64,000 nucleotides of DNA from Camelus ferus (GCF_009834535.1 NC_045697.1:59522001-59586000); one strand, 5' to 3'. Counted from the first letter of the stretch, positions 25,290 through 38,136 are shown. A program made the numbers and translations. The notes: generated by a model not told the origin, from the letters alone.

Positions 25290-25720
25290 TGAGAGAACGA
25301 ATATACAGTGGACCATATATGACAACTGAACTTGGACCTGTAATCTGTAGAGCAAACAGCCCAAGAAGCCAAACCACAACCTCTGAAGCATTCAGCACAG
25401 AACAGTCAGGACTTGGTCCATGACTGCCAGCTTCCCTAATTTTTGTTCCTTAGGGCTAACCAGAGAAAGCCAAGTACAGCCCCCAAACCAATCATACAGG
25501 AACACTGGAGCACCACTTGTAGATAGCCTGCATCCAGCTTCCCCCTGCCAGCAAACTCCCATCAGAGCACTTACTAAGCCTTCTCTCTTTTCTTCACTGT
25601 TAAGCTTTCCTACTCCCCTCCCTGACTTTGAGTCATTGCCAAGGCAAACAATGGTGGTTGACTCCCTTGGATAGCAAGCTTTTCATAAATAGTCTTTGAA
25701 TTGTCTTCGTTTATTTCCAC
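25290..25720 (+). mobile_element. ERV1 LTR (MER90/MER87-like)
   Basis: 'gtcaggacttggtccatgactgccagcttccctaattttt', 'aaccagagaaagccaa', 'caaaccaatca'. Confidence 0.8.
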
Positions 25721-26547
25721 GTGCTTTTTCTTTTCCTGTGATTGATTTATTTCCTCTAAGTCTTCATAATTCTTGCTTTTAAAAAGGTGAGTGACGTTAT
25801 CTTTGTTCAGTAGTAGGTATTTCTTTAAAAAAAAAAAAATGGGATGATACTATACCAGGCAAAGAAGAACACAAGTAAAAGTGACACTTTTAGGTAGGTG
25901 GATTTTTTCTTTTTAAATATCTTACAGTTTTGTCAGTTATACCTCAATAGAACTGAAAAAAAAAAAAGGTAGGTTGATTTGGTGGATTTTTTTTCCCTTT
26001 AATACTATTTTGTCAGTTACACCTCAGTAAAGCTAAAAATGGCAAAAAAAAAAAAGAAAACAACATCTAAAAATAAATGTATATATATTATTTGAATATT
26101 AAAATTGTGTACAACACAGTTGTTCAAAGAAAGAAAATAAAAAGCATAAGAATTTCTTTTAAATAAAGGCTTTGAGACTTTACCATTATTTGTTCTTATC
26201 TGACTTCTGACATATGCTTTCTAACTTTTACTCAATGATAAAATTTTTTTCCCTACCTTCTCCTAGTACCACAATTTGTTTCCAAAATATTTTGGGGTAG
26301 TAGAAAAAATACAGAATTACAATATTACCTTTGAGTCCTGAATTCAAAATAACTTTTCCATTTACAAATCTACTTAACCTCAGGCAATTCATGTAACTGG
26401 TCTGAGTTTTCAGTATTCCAATCTGTTAATAAGACTAATATTGCCCTCTCAGTATATTCGTATAGATCATATTTTAAAAACAACGCATAGAAGTGTTTTG
26501 TTAACAGTTAACTCAAAAATATGCTCTCCTCCCCTATTTTTACTTAA

Positions 26548-26715
26548 GTTTTTAAAAATTGTGGTAAAGTTCACATAACAAAATTTACCATCATAACTAT
26601 TTTAAAGCATACCGTTCAGTACTGTTAAGTACACTGTTGTATAACCAGTCTCCATAATTCTTTTCATCTTTCAAAACTAAAATCTATACCCATTAAGCCA
26701 CAACTCATCATTCTA
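26548..26715 (-). mobile_element. L1MB-like 3' end
   Basis: 'ttttaaaaattgtggtaaagttcacataacaaaatttaccatcataactattttaaag...tatacccattaa'. Confidence 0.85.
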
Positions 26716-27285
26716 GGGACATTTGCAAATTACTATACAGTAAAGGCTGCAAGGGCAAAGAGGGCTGTTTTGACTATAGATTCAGAATTCATTCCGAAGG
26801 AAGATTTTTTTGGGCATGGAACTTTACCCTGGTCCCTAAAATGACCCCGTTCTGACTTTATTGTAATAATTTCTGTCATATTCTGGTTCCATCTTATTAA
26901 ACTTTTGTTCCTAGAGACGAATCATCTGTCTTCACAGGTCCTTCTTTTGGGCATAAACATTCTGTGAAAGCTCTTTGCTAGCCCCCTTCACTTAGTTATT
27001 CCCAGAAAGCCTGAGAGAAGAGTTTCAGCATTCATGCGGTCATCTTGAGATCATCTTGTAATGACAAGACTCCAGTACTCTGTGTGACATTACTAGTTGG
27101 GTCCAGAAAAGCTAATACAACTTTCATGGAATGAGGTGTTAATGGAGTACAGAGAGATGATGCATTACAGTGTTTACAACTATCAGTGGCAACAAGAATG
27201 AAAATAACACCTACAGTATGAAATTACTTTATATTAGAGCATAGACCAAGAACTCAGAACTGCAGTGGCTGCACGTCGGTAGTAC

Positions 27286-27821
27286 TGTTACCCTAAAAGG
27301 TAAAGACCCCAGTTCTAGTCATACCCAAAAGATAAGTTTTCAGTTGGGAGATGCATTGTGTAGTGAAAAATTTTTTAAAGATTTATTTGGAAAAGGAAAA
27401 GTACATCTCCAAGAATAGGAGGCAGGCTGATCCAAGGGAGGAAAAGCGGCAGGTTTTGTCTCCCCTTTCTCTTATATCCTCATTTAGAGGTGGTCTCTTG
27501 ATTGATTGACAGCTTTTGTCCCTGGAATGCTTAGTCATATTTGGCCCCTTTGTGCATGTCCTTATCCATGGTGTACACAGAAAATCTCATGGTGGAGGTG
27601 CTAAACCTCAATGTTAATTATAATACAGTGAACATCAGGTCATATCTGGTTAAATCCTTTCTGCTACCATGCAGTCATGGCTGTCAGGTTCTAACTGGTT
27701 TTTTGCTGACACTCATTTAGAAGTCTCTTTATACTGGAGGTGGGCACAACGCCATCTTCTGGACCATCCTCCCTCTGCTCCACCGGTCTCCCGGTGCCCC
27801 TACTTATCTAACTACCTAACA
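27286..27821 (-). mobile_element. ERV1 solo LTR, 536 bp
   Basis: tgtta...ctaaca termini. Perfect 4-bp TSD gtac (27282-27285 / 27822-27825). Reverse polyA signal tttatt near the left end. Confidence 0.9.
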
Positions 27822-29394
27822 GTACTGTTCTAAAATGCTAGTGATATAGGTAGCAGTTGAGGAAATGTTTTTTTTAGGTACAACAGAACAATGACCAATT
27901 GTTTAACTCTCTTTTGTTTAGAGACTTGACTTTTTCATGTTAATAAGTATCCCTGGGGCCAAGAGTTCTTAATGGTGGATAATGCCATTTCTTTTGTAAT
28001 TACTTTTTTTTTTTTTTAATGTGGATGACAGCTAACCAAACCAAAGCAAACAATACTAAACTATTATCATAAAGTGTAACACGCAGGCTGAAATCGAGGT
28101 TTACTATTATACCAACCTGTGACATGGAAGAGAAGTTTTTGTTTTGGGGTTTTTTGCACATAAAAGCGGTAAGATGTATTAATACCATGAGAGTGGTAAA
28201 TTATTTCTTTATACTTTGGAAAACAAGCTGTGCTGAGGCTTAGCAACAATCTTAAAATAGAATGGAATGTGTGGAAATCTGGTCGTTGTTGTCAACTATT
28301 TTCATGTTCTTTACTGTGGTTTCCTTATAGAAGAGGTATTCACTCCAAAGAAATTATGTGCTGCTTGTCAGAACAATGTAAAGTCATGGAGATAGAGGCA
28401 GACAGAAGAAAGTAAGGAGTGTTTTCTTCAGGCAACTAGCTATAACTTTTCGGTTTATATTAGCAGACTTGATTGCCAGTAACCACAGTGGTTAAACCAT
28501 ATCCAGAATTTTCACAGATTCCTGGAAAGTAAAGCCAAAATTGTTCTAATTAAACATAAAAGAATGAAACTCGTAGGCTTTTAAGTACTTTAAAACTATA
28601 ATTTATGAATTAATACACAGTAATTAATTATTGACCTTTGAGATAAGGAGGAAACTAGACGTGATTTTTCTTTAGTAAGTTACTTCATTTCAAGGAATAA
28701 AAATTACTAAACTGGGCAGGGAATGACAATATTTACAATAGTTATGATTCACTTTTGTCAGATCTAAAGTGACTTTTTTTGGTATAAAATATATACTTAC
28801 CTTTAAAGAATTAGCTTTTTTGTCATTTCCCATAGTCTATCAAGAGGTTAGTAATTTCAAGGCTTTAGACCTAAAAATCCACCATTTAAAGTTTGGTTTT
28901 GAAGAAATAACTGGGTCAAAAGCCAAGCCCATGCAACTCACTATGGCAGACAAATCTCTCCCAGAAACCTTAGCCCACCTCTCAGGACTTTGTCATGTAC
29001 CTTACCCCTTTATATCCCAGAAACAACAAAGTGCTGTCATTTTCTGCCCATATTTTAATGCTTCTTGAATCTAAATTGCTGTTGATGATCTCACTTGTGT
29101 TTGAGTTTCCCCATTCTTACTGCTGTCTCATTACATCACTGAAAATGAATTGGGATTGAAAATGGAATCAGCAAAGTAAATGAGAAAACTTGTAAAATAC
29201 AATTTTAATTCTTTACAATATGAAGAATGTGAAGTAAAATGAAAATATAATGAAACACAATTTATGCTTTGTGTGATGTACAAAATTAAAATTCTCTGAA
29301 ATCTCTTCCCTAATTCAAAAAATGACATGTCACTGAATTTAAAGGGCTATTTTAAGATTTAAAAAAGTATATATATCAAGTCCGTTGCTTGGTA

Positions 29395-30180
29395 TATTAT
29401 AAAACTTGAAGTTATCCTGGATTTGTCACTGTTTTTCACTCTACATCTAATCTATCAACAAAGAAAATTGATTCTGTTTCCAAAACATCTTTGAAACTAC
29501 CATTTCTCAATACCTATGCCAATACCTTTAGTCAAATGAACAGCCAGTGCAAATGATCCCTACCTACACGCTTTATATTGTCTTGCTCTCTACACCACTT
29601 GCCATGATCCTTGAAAATAAAGTTGGTTTACATCATTCCATTTTTTAAAGATTACAATGATTTCTTTCCAACCTTAAAATAAAAGATAAGTCTACATTAT
29701 ACCTTGTAAGACTATATTGTTAGGTCCTTGCCTTACTAGCTAATCTCTTAAAACACCTCAAAACCAAAACCAAAACCAATCAGACACAAATAACAATATA
29801 AACAACACTCACCTCAGGTCTTTTTATTGTTACCTTTGAATTGAATATTCAATGCACGTATTCCAGTGGCATATTTCGTTTCATTGAGGTCTTTACACAA
29901 ATATTACCTCCTCAAGAGTTCTTTGACTATTCAAACTAAAATAGTATGCCCTTTTACTTTTTAATTTTATTTCCATTATTTGTTTTTCATAATGTCACCT
30001 AATGCATCCTAACATTGGGTTGTCTATCTGTTTATTTATAGTTTTTTCTGCCTCTAGAATCTAAGCTCTAGGAAGTCATTTAAATTTGTTTTTGTTTTCT
30101 AATTAATCACCAGCATCTGGCATATATAAGGGCTTAGGAAATACTAAATTAATAAAGAAACAGAAGAATTAATGAATAGA
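29395..30180 (+). mobile_element. L2a-like 3' region
   Basis: 'aaacttgaagttatcctgga', 'tagaatctaagctctagga', 'cagcatctggcatatataagggcttagga...aatgaatagaat'. Confidence 0.75.
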
Positions 30181-30254
30181 ATATAACTAAAAGGTAGCTA
30201 TTATAACCCCTACCAAAAGTAAAAAAAGAAATACCTCATATACATTACCACATA

Positions 30255-30410
30255 TATTCTTTCAAACAATACTGTGAGGTGGGCATTTATTATATTCTAG
30301 GTTTTACAGATAAAAACTGAGACCAAGAAAGCTTGATTGTTTGCTCAATATCTTGCACCAAATGGCTTTTCCAAACCTAGCTTTTTGTCTCTAGATGAAC
30401 CTCTTTTCTT
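30255..30410 (-). mobile_element. MIR SINE fragment
   Basis: 'aacaatactgtgaggtgggcatttatt...ttttacagataaaaactgagacc'. Confidence 0.7.
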
Positions 30411-30457
30411 AACAAGAATACCACTTCCCTCCAGAGGAATAAAGATAGAGCAGGAGC

Positions 30458-30596
30458 TAGTCAGTGATTCTCAGATCAGGCTGCACATTAGAATTACCTG
30501 GGGAAATTAAAATAAAAATTACTGAGAGTCAGATAGAATTTTAGGACAACTGAATCAGAATATCTAAGACTAGGGCATGGTCATTTATATAATTCT
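30458..30596. mobile_element. MER5A/B-like MITE, truncated by L1
   Basis: 'cagtgattctcagatcaggctgcacattagaattacctgggga...aactgaatcagaatatct'. Confidence 0.8.
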
Positions 30597-31208
30597 TACA
30601 CAGTGAACACGGTTGTGTGTCTATCTTTTTGACTTCTTGTTTCCTTTGGATAAGTAGCCAGAAGTGGCTTTGCTAGATCATATGATAGTTCCTTCTTTTA
30701 ACCTTTTGAGGAACCTATATGTTGTTTTCCATAGTATTGAACAAATTGAACATTCCCACCAATACTGCACAAGTTTCCCTTCTCTCGACATCCTCACCAA
30801 CACTGGTTATCTTTTGTCTTCTTGATGATAGCTATTCTAACAAGTTTGAGGTTATAGTTTAGTTCTAACAACCTTTCATTTCTGTGAAGAAATTTATTCC
30901 TAGCTTGTTTTTCTTCTGATGCTATTGTAAATAAAATAGTTTTCTTTATTTCTTTTTCAGGTGTTTCATTATAAATATACAGAAATGTGACTGATTTTTA
31001 TATGTTAATCTTATATCCTGTAACTTTACTGAATTTGTTGATTAGAGCTAATAGTTTTTTAGTGGAGTTTTTAAGATTTTCTATACAAAAATCATATTAT
31101 CTGTAAATAATAAGTTTTACTTCTTCCTGTCCATTTTGGATACCTTTTATTTCTTTCTCTTGCCTGACTATTTTAGCTAGGACTTCCAGTACTATATATA
31201 TATATGTA

Positions 31209-31590
31209 TTTTTTTTACTCCAAAGGGTTTATTAAGACAAGTTTCACATATAAGTCCAGGGCAGAGGGGATGGGTCTTATAAACAGGAACCTAGAAGGGG
31301 GCCAGAGGGCACAGGGTGGAACCTAAAAAAGAGAGTGAAATAAATAGAGGAAGAGAGTGGAGGGCCTGGAGGGGAGACTGACAGGCTATCACACAGTGAT
31401 AACAACATGGGTGGGGTGGGGCTCCATTAAAATCCCAGTTATTTATACAGATATACAGGGAGTTATGGGGGACTGAGGGGGGGCCCACTCCACCCTCCAT
31501 GCCCCAGGGAGGGGCAAGAGAAGGCCATCTCTCCTCATGGGTGACCCCATGGGGGTCTGGGGGGCTGCCCTTGGAGGAGTGTTGGGGAAG
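31209..31590 (-). pseudogene. Retrocopied mRNA 3'UTR fragment (parent gene not identified)
   Basis: GC-rich non-L1 sequence interrupting collinear L1 ORF2. On the minus strand AATAAA (31229-31234) lies 12 nt before a poly(A) remnant (31209-31216). Confidence 0.75.
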
Positions 31591-33912
31591 GTATGAGTGG
31601 ACATCCTTATCTTGTTCCTGATCTTAAAGGAAAAGCTTTCAGTTTTTCACCATTGAATATTAACTATGGGTTTGTTGTATATGGCCTTTATTATGTTGAG
31701 GTTTGTTCCTTCTAAACCCAATCTGTTGAAGGTTTTTATCATGAAAGAATGTTGCATTTTGTCAAATGCTTTTTCTGCATACATAGATGCAGATGATCAT
31801 GTAATTTTTATCTTTCATTCTATTAATGTAATATATTAACATTTTTTGATTTGCATATGTTGAACCTTCCTTGCATCCCAGGAAAAGATGCCACTTGGTT
31901 ACTGTGTATAATCCTTTTAATGTGTTCTTGAATTTGGTTTGCTAGTATTTTGTTGAAAATTTTTACATCTGTATCCATCAGGGATATTCGTTTATAGTTT
32001 TCATTTCTTGTAGTGTCTCTTTTGATTCTATGCATTTCTGTAGTATCAGTTTTAATGTCTCCTCTTACATTTCTTATTTTGGGTCTTCACTCTTTTTTTT
32101 TTCTTCAGTCTAGCTAAAAGTTTGTCAATTTTATCTTTTCAGAAAATTAGTTTTCAGTTTGTTTGTTTTTTTCCTGGTCTCTATTTCTTTATTTCCACCC
32201 TGATTTTTATTATCTCCTTCCTTCTGCCAACTCTGGACTTACTTTTTTCTTCTTCTTCTAGTTTCTCATGATGTAAAGTTAGGTTGTTGGTTTAAGATCT
32301 TTCTACTTTTTTAATACATGGATTTATCACTATGAATTCTCTTCTCTATGAACTATGCCTGCAGCATCTTATATGTTTTGATATGTTGTGTTTTCACTTT
32401 CATTTGCTTTGCAGCATTTTTTAATTTCTCCTTTGACTTCTTCTTTGACCCAAGTGTTGTTTAGAAGTGTTGTTTAGTTTCCACATATTTCAGATTTTCT
32501 AGCTTTCCTCTTGTTCATTTCTAGTTTCATTCCTTTGTGGTCAGTTGGTATAATTTCAATTTTAAATTTTCTAAGACTTGTTTTATGTTCTATTGTATGA
32601 TCTATCATAGAGAATGTCCTGTGTGCACTTGAAAAGAATGTATGTTCTGTTGCTGTCACATGGAATGTTCTATAGGTGCTGATTAAGTCCATTTTGGTTT
32701 AAAGTATTGTTCAATTCCAATATTTCCTTGTTGATTTTCTGTCTGTATTATCTATATATTGCTGAAAATGAGGTACTAAAGTCCCCTATTATTCTGTTGT
32801 GTATTTCTCCCTTCAGATCTGTTAGTACTTACTTGATATATTTAGGTGCTTCCGTGTGAGATGCATACATGTTTATGATGATTGTTATATCTTCTTGACA
32901 CCTTTTTCAATATATAATGACTTCTAGGTCTCCTGTTACCATTTTTTCCATAAAGTCTATTTTGTCTGGTATGTATATGGCTATGCCTGCTTTCTTTTGG
33001 TTTCCACATGTGTGGAAAATCTTCTACCCCTTTACTTTGAGCCTATTATGTCTTTAGAGATGAAATGAGTCTCCTGCAACCAGCATATAATTGAGTCTTG
33101 CTTTTTAATCCATCCAGCCACTCTGTGCCTTTTGACTGGTGAATTCAGTTCATTTACATTAGAGTGATTATTTATATGTGGGAATCTTATTAATTATTCT
33201 CTGGTTGTTTTGTATTTTTGCTATTTCTTTTTCCCTCTCTGCCTACTTTTGTAAATTGGTTATTTCCCATGGTGATATGCTCTGTTTCCACTTTCTTTGT
33301 CTTCTGTGGATTTACTCTCCATTTTTTACTATGTGGTTAACTTGTAGATTACATAAAGCATCTGACAGATAAAACAGTCCATTTTAGGCTGATAGCATAT
33401 TCAAAATCTCTAGAGGCTCCAAACCTTAATATTCCCTTTCATATTATTGATGTTATAATTTACCTATTTTTAATGTCACGTATTAGATAACAATTATAGT
33501 AGCTATAGTTATTTTTACTACTCTTTTTCTCTTTTACTACAGTTGAGTGGTTAAAACATTGTCCTAAAAGAGAGTTACTGTTTCCTAAATCTGGTCTATT
33601 TTTCACCTTTGTTAGTGTAGTGTACACTTATATATGTTATCATGTCACTGATCAGCATCTTTTCATTTTAGCTTAAAGAACTCCGTTCAGCATTTCTCTC
33701 AAGGCAGGTCTAGTGTTGGTAAACTCCCTCAGCTTTTGTTCTTTTAGGAAAACATTTATTTCTCTTTCATACTGAAGGATAACTTTTCTGAATAAAGCAT
33801 TCTTGGCTGGTAATTTTTTTTCTTCCACACTTTGAATATATCATTCTACTTTCTCCTGGCCTGTAGAATTTTTGCTGAGAAATTGCTGATATAATGGGGG
33901 TTCCTTTGTAAG

Positions 33913-34176
33913 TTACATTCTATTTCCTTTCACTGCCTTTAAGATTCTTTCTTTATTACTGATTTTTGGCAGTTTCTTTATGATGTATTTTGGAGTAGGT
34001 CTCTTTGTATTTAGATAACAGTATGTTCTATTAGCTCCATGAATGTGTATGTTCAAGTCCCTTCCCAAGTTTGGGAAGTTCTCAGCTATTATTTCTTTAA
34101 ATAAACTTTCTGCCCCCTTATCCCTCTCTTCTTCTTTTGAAACCCTAGTTATTTGAATATTTGCCTTTCTTATCAT
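33913..34176 (-). pseudogene. L1 ORF1p remnant
   Basis: 'NIQITRVSKEEERDKGAESLFKEIIAENFPNLGRDLNI...RPTPKYIIKKL..KERILKA' is typical of L1 ORF1. Confidence 0.9.
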
Positions 34177-34213
34177 AATCTATCTGAAAGCTCTTGTAGG
34201 CTTTTTTCACTCT

Positions 34214-34256
34214 TTTTTTTAAATTGAAGTATAGTCAGTTACAATATGTCAATTTC
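34214..34256 (-). mobile_element. Minimal (~43 bp) camelid-type L1 3' tail
   Basis: T-tract + 'aaattgaagtatagtcagttacaatatgtcaatttc'. TSD ttcactct (34206-34213 / 34257-34264). Confidence 0.85.
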
Positions 34257-34706
34257 TTCACTCTCTTAAAATCTTAGTTCCCTCTCTTCTAACTGAATTA
34301 TTTCTATATTTCTATCTTCCAAGTCATTTGTTTATTCTTCCATGTGGTTTGCCCTAATGTAGATGTTTTCTATTGCATTTTTCACTTAATTCATTGACTT
34401 CTTCAGCTCCAGAATTTCAATTTGGTTATTTCTTTATAATTTCAATCTCTTTGATAAAGAACTTTTGTTTATTGACTTTATTCCTGATTTCACTGAATTG
34501 TTTTTCTGAGTTTTCTTGTAGCTTTTAGATTTCTTCATAATAGCTATTTTAAGTTCTTTATCAGTTAGTTCACAATATTCTGTGCCTTTTGGTTTGTTTG
34601 GTTTCTGGGGAATTATTATTTTCTTTTAATGATATCATATTTCCTTGGTTTTTCATTACTGCTTGTCAAGTGCTTCTGCTTTTGCATTTGAAGTAGCAGA
34701 TACCTT

Positions 34707-34923
34707 TTTATTTTTTCTATTTTATTTATTTTTATTGAAGTATAGTCAGTTTACAGTGTTGTGCCAATTTCTGGTCTATAGCATAATGTTTCAGTTTTAT
34801 GTATATATACATAAATTCCTTTTCATATTTTCTCATTGTACGTTACTATGACATTAAATATAGTTCCCTGAGCTATACAGTAGAAACTTGTTGTTTATCT
34901 ATTTTATATCTAGTAGTTAGTAT
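34707..34923 (-). mobile_element. Short camelid-type L1 3' tail
   Basis: Perfect 14-bp TSD gtagcagatacctt (34693-34706 / 34924-34937). Confidence 0.92.
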
Positions 34924-36136
34924 GTAGCAGATACCTTCTTAACTAAACTTTTATGTCTTCTTACAATTCACCAGGCTGGCTATTTAGAATCCTCTTTTTT
35001 GTATTCTAGAATGTGGTGCTAAAGGTCAATTTTGTTGTTCTCCCTTGTCCACCAACCTTGGCCTATTTCTGAGCAAGGTCCCTGTCTACCAGAGCTTACT
35101 CTCATGGACACACTCAGTATCATGCATAAGGAGCCAGCAGCATAGTGGAGGGAGGTGTGGGTTTAGCCCTTGGGGCTTAGGGGGTTCTTAGGAATCCAGT
35201 GGGAAGATCCTCAAGTTGGGTACTCCTAGAGGTTTGTGGGTGGATTTTCTGTTGAAGTCCTGAAGTGGACAGCAGGAACCATGTTTCTTTAATGCCCTTC
35301 AGTATTCTTATATGCTTCCTTTCTTTCATCCTCCTTCCCCTGAGTGATGGAAGTTGCTCCTCAGAAGTCAGAGTAATGCTGGAGAGAAACAGGTTCCTCC
35401 AGCTACAACCTGTGCTTCTGAGGTAGCCAGGGTGACTCACCACTTTCACCACTCACTTCCTATGCAGGAAAGGTCTCTGCTTTCTACCTCCTCTGTGGGA
35501 AAGGTCACCACTGCCACTGCCAATGTCTAAGCCCTTTGAAGTGTCAGCCTAGGGAGGGGGGCAGTTCTGGTAAGTTCCTCCTCCTCCTCTGCATCCAAAC
35601 TCTCTCTATCCTTTTCAGATAGAATGCTGAAATCTCCCCTCAGGCAGTTGTCACTTTTACAGTTTCTCTTTCACCTGTGAGTACCTGTTCAGGTTTGCCC
35701 TCCCCAAGTATTTTTCTGATCACAGTGAGAGGGGATGGTGAAGGGTCACTGAATTTCTTGGATCTGAAGCTCTTACTGAGGTCTTGTTTGTTTATTCATA
35801 GGGATACGGGTAGGCAACAATATTTTCTGGTCCCTCGCTGTAAGATATAAAGCACTTTTGTTCAATTTTAGATGTTTCTAATTGTTTAAAAAGAACAGGA
35901 AGAGAAGAGAAGAATGACTTACACTTCTATAATGCTGACATCACTCTTCCTGAGGTGTCATGATCAACAGTCTCACTTTGGTTATGCTGGCATCACAATT
36001 CTGGCCTATGAATAGTGCTGGTGAAGCAAGACGAGCAGTATTTTGAAAAATCCTGAATTCCAAACCAGAGTTTGTTCAGTTCCAGTTACCTATCCTGAGT
36101 AGTTGTGATTAAGAAAAAAGAGAGAAATCTAAGTAC

Positions 36137-36170
36137 AAAAAAAAAAAAAAAAAGAGAGAGAGAGAGAGAG
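36137..36170. repeat. Poly(A) followed by (GA)n
   Basis: Directly visible. Confidence 0.9.
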
Positions 36171-36429
36171 GAAGACAGGCATTGTGATCTCTACTTAAGA
36201 GATGATACCTAAACATCTGAGGTCTGACTTGAGAAAAGTATTTTGTTTGGTGCTGTGTTTATGAGTAGACTTGTAAGTGGATATTTAAATTGACAGTGAA
36301 TTGCCTACTTAAAATAAAGGTAAAGGAATTGAAAGAAAAGACTATTCAGGTTAAAATGAGAAACACATAAAACAAACAAACAAAAAAAACCCCAGAAAGC
36401 TGAAAGGAACAAAGTCAATAAGAAGGCAA

Positions 36430-36560
36430 ATATTGGTGCCTAAGGCAGCAGGGTCAACATTAGTATCTAATAAATAATTTGAGAAGGAAAGAAATAAGCA
36501 ATACCAAAAGGAGTTATTTTACAGTAATAAATGGAACAGTCCATACTAAAGATGTTACAG
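36430..36560 (+). mobile_element. Very old L1 ORF2 endonuclease fragment
   Basis: 'aaggcagcagggtcaacattagtatctaataaa...aaaaggagttattttacagtaataaatggaacagtccat' resembles GVAILISDK...EGHFIMIKGSIH. Confidence 0.55.
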
Positions 36561-37059
36561 TGTCCAGTGTACTGGACAACATAACAAAACAGATAAAGTG
36601 AAAAAACTTAAAAATACAGAAGAGAATGACATAACTGACAGATATATAATAGCAGTAAAGTAAAATAAGACCTTGACCATCACCATTCCTGCAACATAAA
36701 TCAGACAAAAAAAAAAAAGATGATAATTTTTTAAAAGTATCTGGTAGGCTTTAGTTAAGTGTGGCATGGCTGTCTGAAATGGGAGTTATTCTGCAACTTT
36801 GCATTGTTCCACATTCTTGTCAACTCTTGTTATTGTCAACAATTTTAGCCATTTGGAACTGTGTACAGGAGTATCACGTTGAAGTTTTATTTTTCCTTTC
36901 CCCGTTGATTGATGACACTGAACACTATATGATTATTAGCTACTCAGATACACTTTTTTTTGTTGTTCAAGTATTTCATCCATCTTTTAAAAATTTGGTG
37001 TTCCTCTTATCTTACAGATTTGTAAGAGTTCTTTAGGCATTTCAGATCTGAGTTATTTG

Positions 37060-38072
37060 AAAACAAAGAAACCAAAAGGAAAAACAGAAAATAGAGCAGA
37101 AGAAAACTTCAACATCTGAAGAAAATAGTCCATATGAAGAAATGGACAGTTAGACATTCACCCATAAAATAATTAAAAGCTCTTATAAAATAGAATCACA
37201 ACAGGAAATAGCAATTTGAGAAAAAAGTAATAGTGGAAATTAAGCATTTATTTGTAGCTTTAAATAAAGATTCAGGAAAGTTTCAGAAGAGAATTAAAAT
37301 GCAATAAAAGAAATAGAATAAAATGCAGGAAAAGATAGAGAAATTAAATGACTAATTCAAGATGTTAAAGATTCAAATTTAAAAAAAAAAGAATCAAATT
37401 TTAAGAGTTCTAGAAAGTGAGGTTATAGAAAAATGGTGACACATTACAAATTGCAGAAAACTGAGCCTAAAGAGAAGATCTAATGTTTTTAGGAAATTTG
37501 AAAAAAAAAAAAGAAAACAGTTCATGCAAATGATCATGAACCTGCTACTGGAAATTCTCAGCTGTTATAGCTGGAAACTAGAAATATAGAGAGCAACACT
37601 TTCAGAATTCTGTGGAAAAATATTACATAACCAAAATACAAATTGGTATTCCCATAGTAAATATTAAATATTAACTAACAGTTTAAACTAATTTTGTAAT
37701 TATTTATATCATTTATATTTAAAAGCAAAAATTAAAATATTAACCAACAATTTAAAATAATTTTATCATATATTTAATATATGATCATTTGAGGAATGTT
37801 GGGAGGAGGACTGAGGGGAAAGTGCTTATAAGAGAGCTAAATCATTATCCATCATAAAGGCAGCAAATGAAGTTTCAAAATTAAGCATCATCAGCAGATC
37901 ATTTAAATTATGGAATTAAATATCAGGCAATAGGAACGACTAAGAGTTGAAAATGGTTGTTGAACTGAGTAGGGCTAGGGACTGGGGAAACTATTTTTTA
38001 TTATAATCTCTTTAGGTCAAAATGACTTAAAATATATACATATATTACTTTAATGATTAATAAGAATTAAAA
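37060..38072 (+). mobile_element. HAL1 (half-L1)-like element
   Basis: A-rich ORF1-like region followed by the 3' end 'aagagttgaaaatggttg...ttttttattataatctcttt...tatattactttaatgattaataagaattaaaa'. Confidence 0.65.
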
Positions 38073-38136
38073 CTATCAACATAATTTTGAAGTATTGTAA
38101 CTTCATAATTTCATTAAAAGTAACTTGTTTGTGCAT

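Larger units (their letters stand above)
30597..35950 (-). mobile_element. Long degenerate L1 (5'UTR, ORF1, ORF2 fragments) with nested insertions
   Basis: ORF-track peptides 31823-32035 ([27 protein letters not shown]), 32474-32692 (TFFSSAHRTFSMIDH, endonuclease) and 33913-34176 (ORF1). GC-richer 5'UTR ~35000-35950. Confidence 0.93.

Noticed and set aside
27075..27170. Possible L3/CR1 fragment
   Set aside because: Similarity ('aaaagctaatacaac') is too short to support a call.
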